NCBI GenBank assembly: GCA_000993205.1
Contig: LBVU01000003.1
Location: forward strand, 21,820 to 85,819
From: Candidatus Woesebacteria bacterium GW2011_GWB1_39_10
GTDB taxonomy: Bacteria > Patescibacteriota > Microgenomatia > UBA8517
Reading direction: 5' to 3'
Length of the DNA: 64,000 bases
The notes below the pieces were generated by a model that did not search any database, was not told where the DNA came from, and saw nothing but the letters and a program-made list of their open reading frames with translations. The position numbers were made by a program, and so were the translations under genes. Numbering within the stretch: the first letter of the stretch is position 1; each line of letters opens with the position of its first letter. Below are positions 36,873-45,014 of the stretch, in pieces.

Positions 36873-37103
36873 TTATTTATTAATTTTTTCTATAATTTTC
36901 CATTTCTTTGTCTTTGAATACGGTTTGCTGGCCGTAAACTTTACAATGTCTCCGATTTTTGCCCCACTCTCATCGTGAACCTGATATTTTGTATCCCTCA
37001 TAAATCTTTTCTTGTACAGTGGGTGAATAACAACACGTTCCACGGCGACCGTTGCGGTTTTGGTCATCTTTGTTGCAATTACCCGTCCTGTAAATACTTT
37101 CAT
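36873..37103 (-). CDS. rpsQ: 30S ribosomal protein S17
   Basis: Family conservation. Confidence 0.9.
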   Translation of the reverse strand: MKVFTGRVIATKMTKTATVAVERVVIHPLYKKRFMRDTKYQVHDESGAKIGDIVKFTASKPYSKTKKWKIIEKINK

Positions 37104-37106
37104 ATT

Positions 37107-37346
37107 TTATTTAGTTTTTACTTCTTCGCTTTTACTTTTTAGCTTATCAATTATTTGTTTCTCTTTTATTAAAGTCAAAATCTGGGCAATCTCACGCCTC
37201 AAGTTTCTGTAACTCTTCAGGTTTTTGTCTTTCCCAGAAACTCCATTCATCTTCTTTTTTAGAGACTCTTCTTTCTTTTCTCTTACAAGCTTGGTCAAGT
37301 CTTCAAGTGTTTTATTTTTTAAATTTGTAAATTCTTTTCTTTTCAT
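37107..37346 (-). CDS. rpmC: 50S ribosomal protein L29
   Basis: Family conservation. Confidence 0.85.
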   Translation of the reverse strand: MKRKEFTNLKNKTLEDLTKLVREKKEESLKKKMNGVSGKDKNLKSYRNLRREIAQILTLIKEKQIIDKLKSKSEEVKTK

Positions 37347-37354
37347 ATTTTATT

Positions 37355-37375
37355 GTCCTGAACTTGTTTCAGGAT
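37355..37375 (-). promoter_or_regulatory. intercistronic hairpin GTCCTGAA-CTTGT-TTCAGGAT between rplP and rpmC
   Basis: Seen in the sequence. Confidence 0.5.
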
Positions 37376-37376
37376 C

Positions 37377-37787
37377 TCACTCCGTTCGACTCATAATCTT
37401 CACATCAATTGGCAACTTTGCCGACGCTCTTCTCATGGCCTCTCTTACGACAGCCTCAGCCGCCCCGGCTACTTCGTAAAGAATCATTCCCGGTTTCACT
37501 ACTGCCACGTAAGTTGAAATGTCTCCTTTTCCGCCTCCCATTCTCTTACCGGCGGGCCTGCTGGTTATTGGCTTATCCGGAAAAATCCTGACCCAAACTC
37601 TTCCGCCCTTTTTAAGATTGTGTGTTATTGTACGCCTTGCCGATTCAATTTGCGCACTGGTCACCCAAGCAACTTCCTGAGCTTTCATTGCAAAATCTCC
37701 AAATGAGATTTCGCTACCGCGAGTTGCCAGCCCGCGCCTTCTGCCTCTAAAGTCTTTAATGAATTTTCTTCTTTTTGGTTGTAACAT
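37377..37787 (-). CDS. rplP: 50S ribosomal protein L16
   Basis: Family conservation. Confidence 0.9.
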   Translation of the reverse strand: MLQPKRRKFIKDFRGRRRGLATRGSEISFGDFAMKAQEVAWVTSAQIESARRTITHNLKKGGRVWVRIFPDKPITSRPAGKRMGGGKGDISTYVAVVKPGMILYEVAGAAEAVVREAMRRASAKLPIDVKIMSRTE

Positions 37788-37793
37788 ATCTTT

Positions 37794-38444
37794 TTATTCC
37801 TGCTTTTTGTGTATCCACACCTTAACTCCCACATAGCCTCTTTTCAAGAGCGCCGGAACCTGAGAGTAATCAATGCTCTCTCTTAAAGTTTGAGCCGGGA
37901 CACTCCCCATATGATATTTTTCCACTCTGGATATTTCCGCACCGTTGATGCGTCCCGCCAGTACCACCTTGGCCCCAAGCGCTCCCGATGCCATGACCCT
38001 CTCCAAAGCCTTCTGAACAACACGCCTATGGGGAATCCTGCGTTCGAGCTCTCCGGCAATTCTTCCTGCAACTAAATGTGCCGAAAGTTCGGGATTTTTT
38101 ACCTCATTAATTCTGATGTCAATTTTTAAATCCTTTAGTTTTTTTCTTCTTACACCGTTTACCGCACCCAAAATATATTTTTTAACATCTTCGATACCGG
38201 TTCCGCCTCTGCCAATCACAACTCCGGGCCGACTTACGGTAATTGTTACCGCCATACTTTTTGGAAGCCTCTCGATTTCGACTTGCGTGATACCCGCAAG
38301 TTTAAGTTTTTCCATGAGCCCTTTCCTAATCTTTATATCCTCCAATAAGAAATCTTTAAATAGACCGTCATCTGCAAACCACCTTGATTTCCAGGGTAAA
38401 AACGAGCCTATTCTTATGCCGATTGGGTTAACTTTTTGTCCCAT
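37794..38444 (-). CDS. rpsC: 30S ribosomal protein S3
   Basis: Start set at MGQKVNPIGIR. The track's longer form overlaps rplV. Confidence 0.85.
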   Translation of the reverse strand: MGQKVNPIGIRIGSFLPWKSRWFADDGLFKDFLLEDIKIRKGLMEKLKLAGITQVEIERLPKSMAVTITVSRPGVVIGRGGTGIEDVKKYILGAVNGVRRKKLKDLKIDIRINEVKNPELSAHLVAGRIAGELERRIPHRRVVQKALERVMASGALGAKVVLAGRINGAEISRVEKYHMGSVPAQTLRESIDYSQVPALLKRGYVGVKVWIHKKQE

Positions 38445-38445
38445 T

Positions 38446-38904
38446 TTATTTTTCCTCCTCCTTCTTCTTGCTCTTATCTTCACTTTTAACTTGTACTTTT
38501 GCCTTTAGATTTTTGACTTTTGGATTTTCTGTTTTTGTTTCGGATTTAGGATTTCGGATTTCGGATTTTGCACGAGTTGTTAACACAACTCGGATGTGGG
38601 CCATTCTCTTTCTGATTGGATGCCACCTACCACGGCTTGCCGCCCGTCCTCTTTTGAGTCTCGGACCCTCTCCCACTTGGATTTCTTTAAAAATCAGGTC
38701 TGTGTCACTGGCTCCCTGATTTTTAGCATCCGCAATTGCGCTTTTAATTACTTTGGCAACAACCTCTCCAGCTCTTTTTTGAACAAATGGAAGGCGGGCG
38801 ACGGCATCGACCGGCTTAAGTTTTTTGATCAGGTCGGTCACAAGTCTTATTTTCCTTGGACTCATAATCAAATATTTTTGTGTCGATGTGTATGTTTTTT
38901 CCAC
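38446..38904 (-). CDS. rplV: 50S ribosomal protein L22 with Lys-rich C-terminal tail
   Basis: Family conservation. Confidence 0.85.
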   Translation of the reverse strand: MEKTYTSTQKYLIMSPRKIRLVTDLIKKLKPVDAVARLPFVQKRAGEVVAKVIKSAIADAKNQGASDTDLIFKEIQVGEGPRLKRGRAASRGRWHPIRKRMAHIRVVLTTRAKSEIRNPKSETKTENPKVKNLKAKVQVKSEDKSKKKEEEK

Positions 38905-38905
38905 T

Positions 38906-39187
38906 TTATGTCTTCTCTAGTGTCCTCTTTACAATCTCTCCGTGGCCTCTGAATGTTCTTGTGGGCGCAAATTCACCCAGGGCGTGTCCCACCATATCTT
39001 CTGTTACAAAAACATCAATAAACACATGTCCGTTGTGAACTTGGAAATACTTGCCAATAAATGTTGGGGCAATTCGACACTTCCTTGACCACGTCTTTAT
39101 GGGGGTCTCCTTTTCCCCTTTTCCGCTTTCCACTTTTTTAACTAGTATCGGGTCGATAAACGGCCCTTTTTTAGAACTTCTTGACAT
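38906..39187 (-). CDS. rpsS: 30S ribosomal protein S19
   Basis: Family conservation. Confidence 0.9.
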   Translation of the reverse strand: MSRSSKKGPFIDPILVKKVESGKGEKETPIKTWSRKCRIAPTFIGKYFQVHNGHVFIDVFVTEDMVGHALGEFAPTRTFRGHGEIVKRTLEKT

Positions 39188-39188
39188 A

Positions 39189-39962
39189 TCAGCCTAAGAG
39201 CGACTTGCCTCCTTTTCGTTGAACTATTAACCTGTTGGAATATTTCTTCTTATTGCGGGTTTTACCCACCGCGCTTCTGCCGTAAACAGTCTTTGGGTGT
39301 GGCATACCGATTCCACTTCTTCCCTCTCCACCTCCGTGAGGATGAGAATCGGGATTCATTGCAACTCCTCGGACGCTTGGTCTAATTCCCATGTGACGAA
39401 CTCTTCCGGCTTTGTGCAAAATCTCGTTTTTGGCATCTTCATTTCCAATTTGCCCTATACTCGCAAAGCACTCGGGACCAAATCTCCTAATCTCTCCGGA
39501 TGGAAGCTTAACCAAAACCCAAGCCTCTTCTTTTCCGAAAATTGTGGCGGCGTTCCCGGCGCTTTTGACAATTTGCCCGCCTTTACCTTTTGTAATTTCA
39601 ATATTGTGCACCAATGCCCCAACCGGAATATTCTTTAAAGGAAGTGCATTCCCCGGTGTAACAGGAGCCGCTTCCGAAGCGATTATTTTATCACCAATTT
39701 TAAGTCCAACGGGGGCCAAAATATAAGCCCTTACTCCGTCTGTATACAAAATCACTGCAAGAAATGCGTTTCTATTCGGATCATATTCAATTCCTTCCAC
39801 TTTTCCCCAAACATCCAATTTGGATCTTTTGAAATCCACTTCACGCATAAAACGCTTTTCGCCTCCGCCCTGGTGCCTGACGACGACCTTGCCATGAGCG
39901 CGTCCCGATCTTTTTTGTAATATTGATTTTAGTCTTCTCATAATGTCATCCTGGAGTCCCAT
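39189..39962 (-). CDS. rplB: 50S ribosomal protein L2 (short N-terminus; alternative start at 39941 with AGGA Shine-Dalgarno)
   Basis: ...RHQGGGEKR... and C-terminal GRS..GMPHP motifs. Confidence 0.85.
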   Translation of the reverse strand: MGLQDDIMRRLKSILQKRSGRAHGKVVVRHQGGGEKRFMREVDFKRSKLDVWGKVEGIEYDPNRNAFLAVILYTDGVRAYILAPVGLKIGDKIIASEAAPVTPGNALPLKNIPVGALVHNIEITKGKGGQIVKSAGNAATIFGKEEAWVLVKLPSGEIRRFGPECFASIGQIGNEDAKNEILHKAGRVRHMGIRPSVRGVAMNPDSHPHGGGEGRSGIGMPHPKTVYGRSAVGKTRNKKKYSNRLIVQRKGGKSLLG

Positions 39963-39986
39963 CTGTGGGACGATAGGACCTCCTCT

Positions 39987-40262
39987 TTATTTCTTACTCT
40001 CTTCAAACAAATCTATTTTCTCGCCTTCCTTTAATGTAACTATTGCTTTTTTGCCTCTTAAGGTTGTAACTTTTACCCCCCTGTTGTTCTTTTTGACTTC
40101 ACCCGAGGTTGTGACTGTCTTGATATCAATTACATGTACTCCAAAAAGCTTGGCAATTTGCGCTTTAAGTGACAACTTGTCTTGTTTTTTCCCAACCCAA
40201 AAAGTATATTTACCTTCTTTTGCTAATTTTAAACTTTTTTCTGTAAAAATAGGCGTAATCAT
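39987..40262 (-). CDS. rplW: 50S ribosomal protein L23
   Basis: Family conservation. Confidence 0.85.
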   Translation of the reverse strand: MITPIFTEKSLKLAKEGKYTFWVGKKQDKLSLKAQIAKLFGVHVIDIKTVTTSGEVKKNNRGVKVTTLRGKKAIVTLKEGEKIDLFEESKK

Positions 40263-40888
40263 GATAATTTTTTCGTTTTGAATATCCCTTCATCTAAGAT
40301 GATTGTCCCACCATAATAAATATCCAAAGCATTGACATCTTTATAAGAAACAAGGTTCGCGTCTTTCAAGTTCCTGATAAATTTGTTTACTGCCACCGAT
40401 CCTTCCGAAAGAACAAAAGTAAATCTTTTTGCTTTTAATTCCGTGCCCAATTTCTTTAGAAACCCGGCAGGTTCTTTTGTTTTTGCAATTTTGGAAAGGC
40501 CTGAGACCGCGACTACTTCTTTTTTGCCTAATTTATAGGCAAAGGCCATTGATCTTGCCTTAATTTTCAATTTATCGGAAATATTTAAAATACGCCTTTC
40601 CGGGCGGGGTCCAAAAATAACTCCACCTCCAACAAATAAGTTGGCGCGCCTTGAACCGTGCCTGGCTCCACCGGTTCCTTTTTGTTTATAAACTTTTTTG
40701 GTTGTTCTATTAACTTCAGATCTCGTCTTGGTATTTCTTAGTCCCGGATGAGTATTTTCTTCATAAATCCTAAGGGCCTGGGCAAGAGTATTCATATTTA
40801 CTTTTTCATCAAAAGATTTGGGAAGAGCAAGACTACCGCTTTTAACTCCTTTGATTGTGTATAAATCTATTTTTGCCATATGTGTCAT
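40259..40888 (-). CDS. rplD: 50S ribosomal protein L4
   Basis: Family conservation. The first ATG lies inside the hairpin arm and a second ATG is 9 nt downstream. Confidence 0.85.
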   Translation of the reverse strand: MTHMAKIDLYTIKGVKSGSLALPKSFDEKVNMNTLAQALRIYEENTHPGLRNTKTRSEVNRTTKKVYKQKGTGGARHGSRRANLFVGGGVIFGPRPERRILNISDKLKIKARSMAFAYKLGKKEVVAVSGLSKIAKTKEPAGFLKKLGTELKAKRFTFVLSEGSVAVNKFIRNLKDANLVSYKDVNALDIYYGGTIILDEGIFKTKKLS

Positions 40889-40907
40889 CCTGAATTCATT
40901 TCAGGAT
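40887..40907 (-). promoter_or_regulatory. intercistronic hairpin ATCCTGAA-TTCAT-TTCAGGAT between rplC and rplD
   Basis: Seen in the sequence. Confidence 0.5.
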
Positions 40908-40915
40908 CTTCTTTC

Positions 40916-41710
40916 TTACTTAGCCCCTCCTTGATCAACTGGTGCTTCTGTTGGCTTCCCTTGGTCCGCCGGCTTGCCCGCCGTAGCCTCGGCAGAGGCG
41001 GGAGCTTCTCCTTCACCTTCTACCATCTGCGCCACCACTTCGTGTTCAAGTTCCTTAAGACTTCCTGATTTGATTTTATTGATCGTTACCAATGATCCAA
41101 CTGTGCCCGGGATTTGTCCTGAAATTTCCAATTCATTTGTGTCGACATTAATGGCGATTATATGAAGATTTTCTACCGTTACTTGCTCGCCTCCCATTCT
41201 GCCTGCCATTTTTTTACCCCTGTAAACCCGTCCCGGAGTGGTTGTTTGACCAATTGACCCGGGAGCGCGCTCACGGTCGGATTGTCCATGAGTTCTTGGA
41301 CCGCCGTGGAAACCATGCCTTTTGACTACTCCGGCAAAACCTTTTCCTTTGCTTATCCCCATAACAGAAACAATATCCCCGGGATGAAAAATGTCGGAGG
41401 CGTTTATTGTGTCCCCGACTTTATATTCCGGCTCTTTATCTGTTCTGACTTCCCTAAGATATCTTGGAAAGCTATTAGTTTTTAGTTCTTCGTTCTTAGA
41501 TTTTTTGAGGTGTCCCTGAAGTGGTTTTGAAGTGTTTTTTGATCTTTTTGTAGAGAATCCGAGCTGAACTGCCCAATAACCGTCCTTATCCGTCTTTTTA
41601 ATTTGAGTCACGACACAAGGACCCGCAATTACCTTTGTAACGGGAATCCTAAACCCTTCTATAAAGGTTTGAGAATTTATTCCTTTTGAACCTAGTATTG
41701 TATTGATCAT
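40916..41710 (-). CDS. rplC: 50S ribosomal protein L3 with acidic low-complexity C-terminal tail
   Basis: Start set at the ATG (MINTILGSKG). The track's TTG form runs to 41764. Confidence 0.8.
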   Translation of the reverse strand: MINTILGSKGINSQTFIEGFRIPVTKVIAGPCVVTQIKKTDKDGYWAVQLGFSTKRSKNTSKPLQGHLKKSKNEELKTNSFPRYLREVRTDKEPEYKVGDTINASDIFHPGDIVSVMGISKGKGFAGVVKRHGFHGGPRTHGQSDRERAPGSIGQTTTPGRVYRGKKMAGRMGGEQVTVENLHIIAINVDTNELEISGQIPGTVGSLVTINKIKSGSLKELEHEVVAQMVEGEGEAPASAEATAGKPADQGKPTEAPVDQGGAK

Positions 41711-41907
41711 TTCGCTGTTGTGAATCCCATTCGACTCCGTCAGTCGCTCAGGGCCATTAAACAATTCGAACGCCCCAAGAGGGGCTTAAGAAGCTTCCTC
41801 TAAAGACTATCGATCGTGGTTGACTATTGTTTTAACCACTTCCATGTTATGAGGGGAATTATATATCATCCAAGATGGATCGTCAACCAGGCTCGAAAAG
41901 CTCGGGC

Positions 41908-41947
41908 AAAAAAATAGCCCTGAACGTGTTTCTTGTTGTTCAGGGCT
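41908..41947 (-). terminator. rho-independent terminator (AGCCCTGAAC...GTTCAGGGCT + T7) for the small membrane-protein gene
   Basis: Seen in the sequence. Confidence 0.6.
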
Positions 41948-41992
41948 AAACCTACATTTTCAATTACAGACTGTGCTTTAACTGTGGCAGGA

Positions 41993-42160
41993 CTAACGGC
42001 CAATTGGCAAATTACTTACCCAAGTTATGATCATTCCCCAATTGTCCAAAATGTTTGCGATAACGTTGCAAATCAGAACGAAGCCAAAAAGCCCGACAAC
42101 AAAAATCACCAAGGCGCGTTTTTCTCGACCCGCAAGTTTGTTTAGAGTCTTGTCATCCAT
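41993..42160 (-). CDS. small hydrophobic protein (55 aa, one TM)
   Basis: Not in the ORF track. Strong AAAGGAGA Shine-Dalgarno 8 nt upstream. Terminator downstream. Confidence 0.5.
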   Translation of the reverse strand: MDDKTLNKLAGREKRALVIFVVGLFGFVLICNVIANILDNWGMIITWVSNLPIGR

Positions 42161-42502
42161 AATAGTTTTCTCCTTTTGAAATGTGGTTCCTTAATCAAAA
42201 TTATTCAAATTAACGTGCAAACTCAGCCCAAAACAAAAATAGGTTCGCAATTGTGACTGAAATTGAGGGATTTGGGGAGTTTGGGATAATAAGGGAAATT
42301 AGAGGAGATTAAAGGAACTTAAAATGAATAACCACCAGCTTACACAGGTGGTTTCTTCTAACTCGATTAACTAAAGTTAATCGTCCTCGCATAAAATGCT
42401 TGGAAAATCTTCATCGCACTTGCTTACGCAAGTGGTTTTAAGATTTGTAGTTATAAAATATCTACCAAGCGCAAGTAATCAAAGGGTTTTCTCGGTTAGA
42501 TC

Positions 42503-42530
42503 TTGACAAGCAATATCAAATCGTTATAAT
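42503..42530 (+). promoter_or_regulatory. consensus sigma70 promoter TTGACA-N16-TATAAT, 9 nt upstream of the antitoxin ATG
   Basis: Both hexamers are exact. Confidence 0.6.
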
Positions 42531-42539
42531 TAAGACGAT

Positions 42540-42824
42540 ATGGACACTACAACCTTACAAGTTCCACTAACTAAACAGCTTAAAACCAACGCTACTATCG
42601 TGGCTGAGGAGTATGGATTTTCTTCCTTACAGGAGGTTGTTCGCGTGCTTTTAACCAAACTTTCTAAAAGGGAACTTGGTGTGAGTATAGAACAATTCCC
42701 AACTGTAAAGCTTTCTGCTAAAAATGAAAAAAGGTATGCTAAGATGGATGAGGATTTTAAGAAAGGTGTAAATTCTGATTCCGCAAATAGTTTAGATGAG
42801 TTTTTTGACAAAATTGCTTCATGA
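42540..42824 (+). CDS. DinJ/RelB-like antitoxin
   Basis: Small acidic protein immediately upstream of, and overlapping by 4 nt with, the YafQ-like toxin. Confidence 0.55.
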   Translation: MDTTTLQVPLTKQLKTNATIVAEEYGFSSLQEVVRVLLTKLSKRELGVSIEQFPTVKLSAKNEKRYAKMDEDFKKGVNSDSANSLDEFFDKIAS

Positions 42825-43084
42825 AAATAATTTGGTATAAAGATTTTGAAAAACACTACAAAAAACGTATTCTTCCCTACCAAAAAGTTAACATAAAATT
42901 TAAAGAAAGAACGAGATTGCTTGTTGAGAATCCTCAAAACCCAATCCTTAAAGACCACCAATTGACTGGAGATATGAAGGAATACAGATCCTTTTCAATA
43001 GCTGGCGACTTAAGGGTAACTTACAAAATTGTTGGGCAAATTTATTATTTTTATGATATTGGTAGCCACAACCAGGTTTATTAA
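42821..43084 (+). CDS. type II toxin, YafQ/RelE family mRNA interferase
   Basis: ...KDHQLTGDMKEYRSFSIAGDLRVTYK... matches the YafQ core. Confidence 0.7.
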   Translation: MKIIWYKDFEKHYKKRILPYQKVNIKFKERTRLLVENPQNPILKDHQLTGDMKEYRSFSIAGDLRVTYKIVGQIYYFYDIGSHNQVY

Positions 43085-43134
43085 GACTCCAATTCTGGTT
43101 GACAAAGAAGAAGAAGAAGTAAACTATAGAGGAT

Positions 43135-43371
43135 ATGGAAGTTTCAGAAGTTACAAGCCAACAAATTTTAGAGGATAAAGCTCTAAAACCGCTAAAAACA
43201 GCTTCCGAGCTTATACACAGCTTTGATTCCAAACAAAAAGGTTTTGAGGATGAGTCTAAATTGACTCAGTACATGAAAAATAATTACCCCGACATGAGTG
43301 AGGAAGATATCCAGGATTGGTTAGTAAAAGCCAGAGAATGGAGCGATCTACAAAAACCAGTGGCTCCCTAG
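43135..43371 (+). CDS. hypothetical acidic protein
   Basis: ORF only. Confidence 0.35.
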   Translation: MEVSEVTSQQILEDKALKPLKTASELIHSFDSKQKGFEDESKLTQYMKNNYPDMSEEDIQDWLVKAREWSDLQKPVAP

Positions 43372-43409
43372 AGGAATTTAGAGGATTTAAACTACTTCTA
43401 ACACAAAAT

Positions 43410-43718
43410 TTACATTTTGATTTCTATACTTACGCCTGCTGGAAGATCCAGATTCCCAAGAGAATCAACTGTGCGGGGGGAAGGGTCAATTATGTCGATG
43501 AGGCGTTTGTGGGTTAAAACTTCGTAGTGTTCTTGAGCATCTTTATCTGTAAAAGGAGATTCTTTGATTGCCATCATGGACCTATCTGTGGGGAGAGGAA
43601 TGGGACCTACAATTTTGGCACCAGTAGCGAGAGCGGTATCAATAATTTTTGAAGCCGCTTCATCTAAGACCCTGTGATCATAACTTTTGAGTTTGACTCT
43701 CAGTCTTCCTGTTGCCAT
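43410..43718 (-). CDS. rpsJ: 30S ribosomal protein S10
   Basis: Family conservation. Confidence 0.9.
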   Translation of the reverse strand: MATGRLRVKLKSYDHRVLDEAASKIIDTALATGAKIVGPIPLPTDRSMMAIKESPFTDKDAQEHYEVLTHKRLIDIIDPSPRTVDSLGNLDLPAGVSIEIKM

Positions 43719-43755
43719 AAAAAGAGCTAATAATTAAAAACTAATATCTAATAAC

Positions 43756-44946
43756 TTAGACCGTTACCTTGGTGATGACCCCGGCGCCAACAGTGTGGCC
43801 ACCCTCACGAATTGCAAATCTAAGTCCGTCTTCCAAAGCTACCGGCTGGATAAGTTTTACATGCATTTTGGCGTTGTCACCGGGCATAACCATCTCGATT
43901 CCTTCCGGAAGAGTGGCCTCACCTGTGACATCTGCTGTACGAATATAGAACTGGGGTTTATAACCAGTAAAGAAAGGGGTGTGCCTGCCGCCTTCTTCTT
44001 TGGAAAGGATGTAAACCTCTGCGTCAAATTCGGTGTGGGGTGTGACGCTCCCTGATTTTGCAAGAACTTGACCGCGCTCAACCTGATCTTTTTCAACTCC
44101 ACGAAGAAGTACTCCAACATTGTCTCCCGCTTGGGCATCGTCAAGAGTCTTTCTGAACATTTCAAGGCCTGTCACAACAGATTTTTGCGTATCTTTTAGT
44201 CCGATTATTTCGATTTCTTCGTTGACTTTAATAATTCCGCGCTCAACACGTCCTGTAACAACTGTTCCACGACCTGAGATTGTAAATACGTCCTCGACAG
44301 GCATAAGAAACGGTTTGTCTGTTTCTCTTACAGGGTCAGGAATGTAGTTATCTACCGCATCCATCAATTCCTGGATTTTCTTTTCCGCCTCAGGGTCACC
44401 ATCAACTGCTTTAAGAGCGCTTCCACGGATTACGGGGACTTCATCTCCGGGATATTCATATTTCTTAAGGAGTTCACGGACATCTGCCTCAACCAAATCG
44501 ATAATCTCGGGGTCATCAACCGTATCGCATTTGTTAAGAAATACCACAATTGCAGGAACATTAACCTGTCTGGCCAAAATTACGTGTTCACGAGTTTGAG
44601 GCATAGGGCCGTCGGCTGCTGAAACAACCAAGATAGCACCGTCCATCTGAGCTGCGCCGGTAATCATGTTCTTTATGTAATCGGCGTGTCCTGGAGCATC
44701 AATATGAGCATAGTGTCTTTTCTTTGTTTCGTACTCTTGGTGGGAAAGATTGATAGTGACTCCTCTTTCTTTTTCCTCCGGGGCTGAGTCAATATCTTCA
44801 TATTTCTTGGCCTTGGCCAATCCTTGTTTGGCAAGAACCATGGTAATGGCGCTAGTAAGTGTGGTTTTACCGTGGTCGACATGACCAATGGTACCAATGT
44901 TTACATGGGGCTTTGTTCTATCGTAATGTTGTTTTGCGTCTGCCAT
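43756..44946 (-). CDS. tuf: elongation factor Tu
   Basis: [19 protein letters not shown] motifs. Confidence 0.95.
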   Translation of the reverse strand: MADAKQHYDRTKPHVNIGTIGHVDHGKTTLTSAITMVLAKQGLAKAKKYEDIDSAPEEKERGVTINLSHQEYETKKRHYAHIDAPGHADYIKNMITGAAQMDGAILVVSAADGPMPQTREHVILARQVNVPAIVVFLNKCDTVDDPEIIDLVEADVRELLKKYEYPGDEVPVIRGSALKAVDGDPEAEKKIQELMDAVDNYIPDPVRETDKPFLMPVEDVFTISGRGTVVTGRVERGIIKVNEEIEIIGLKDTQKSVVTGLEMFRKTLDDAQAGDNVGVLLRGVEKDQVERGQVLAKSGSVTPHTEFDAEVYILSKEEGGRHTPFFTGYKPQFYIRTADVTGEATLPEGIEMVMPGDNAKMHVKLIQPVALEDGLRFAIREGGHTVGAGVITKVTV

Positions 44947-44956
44947 ACAAGTTTGA

Positions 44957-44986
44957 ATTATACTCGAGGCTAAACATACCTGTCAA
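44957..44986 (-). promoter_or_regulatory. consensus promoter TTGACA-N18-TATAAT, 10 nt upstream of the tuf ATG with no SD
   Basis: Both hexamers are exact. Confidence 0.55.
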
Positions 44987-45014
44987 CTGGGAATTTAGAG
45001 AAAATTAAAGGAGG

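Noticed and set aside
40916-41764. Longer L3 and other track ORFs with N-terminal extensions (rplE 36146, rpsC 38483, rpsD 26213, HU 17284, ruvX 58005)
   Set aside because: The extensions overlap upstream genes or use TTG/GTG starts. Conserved N-termini of the families begin at the internal ATG codons chosen instead.
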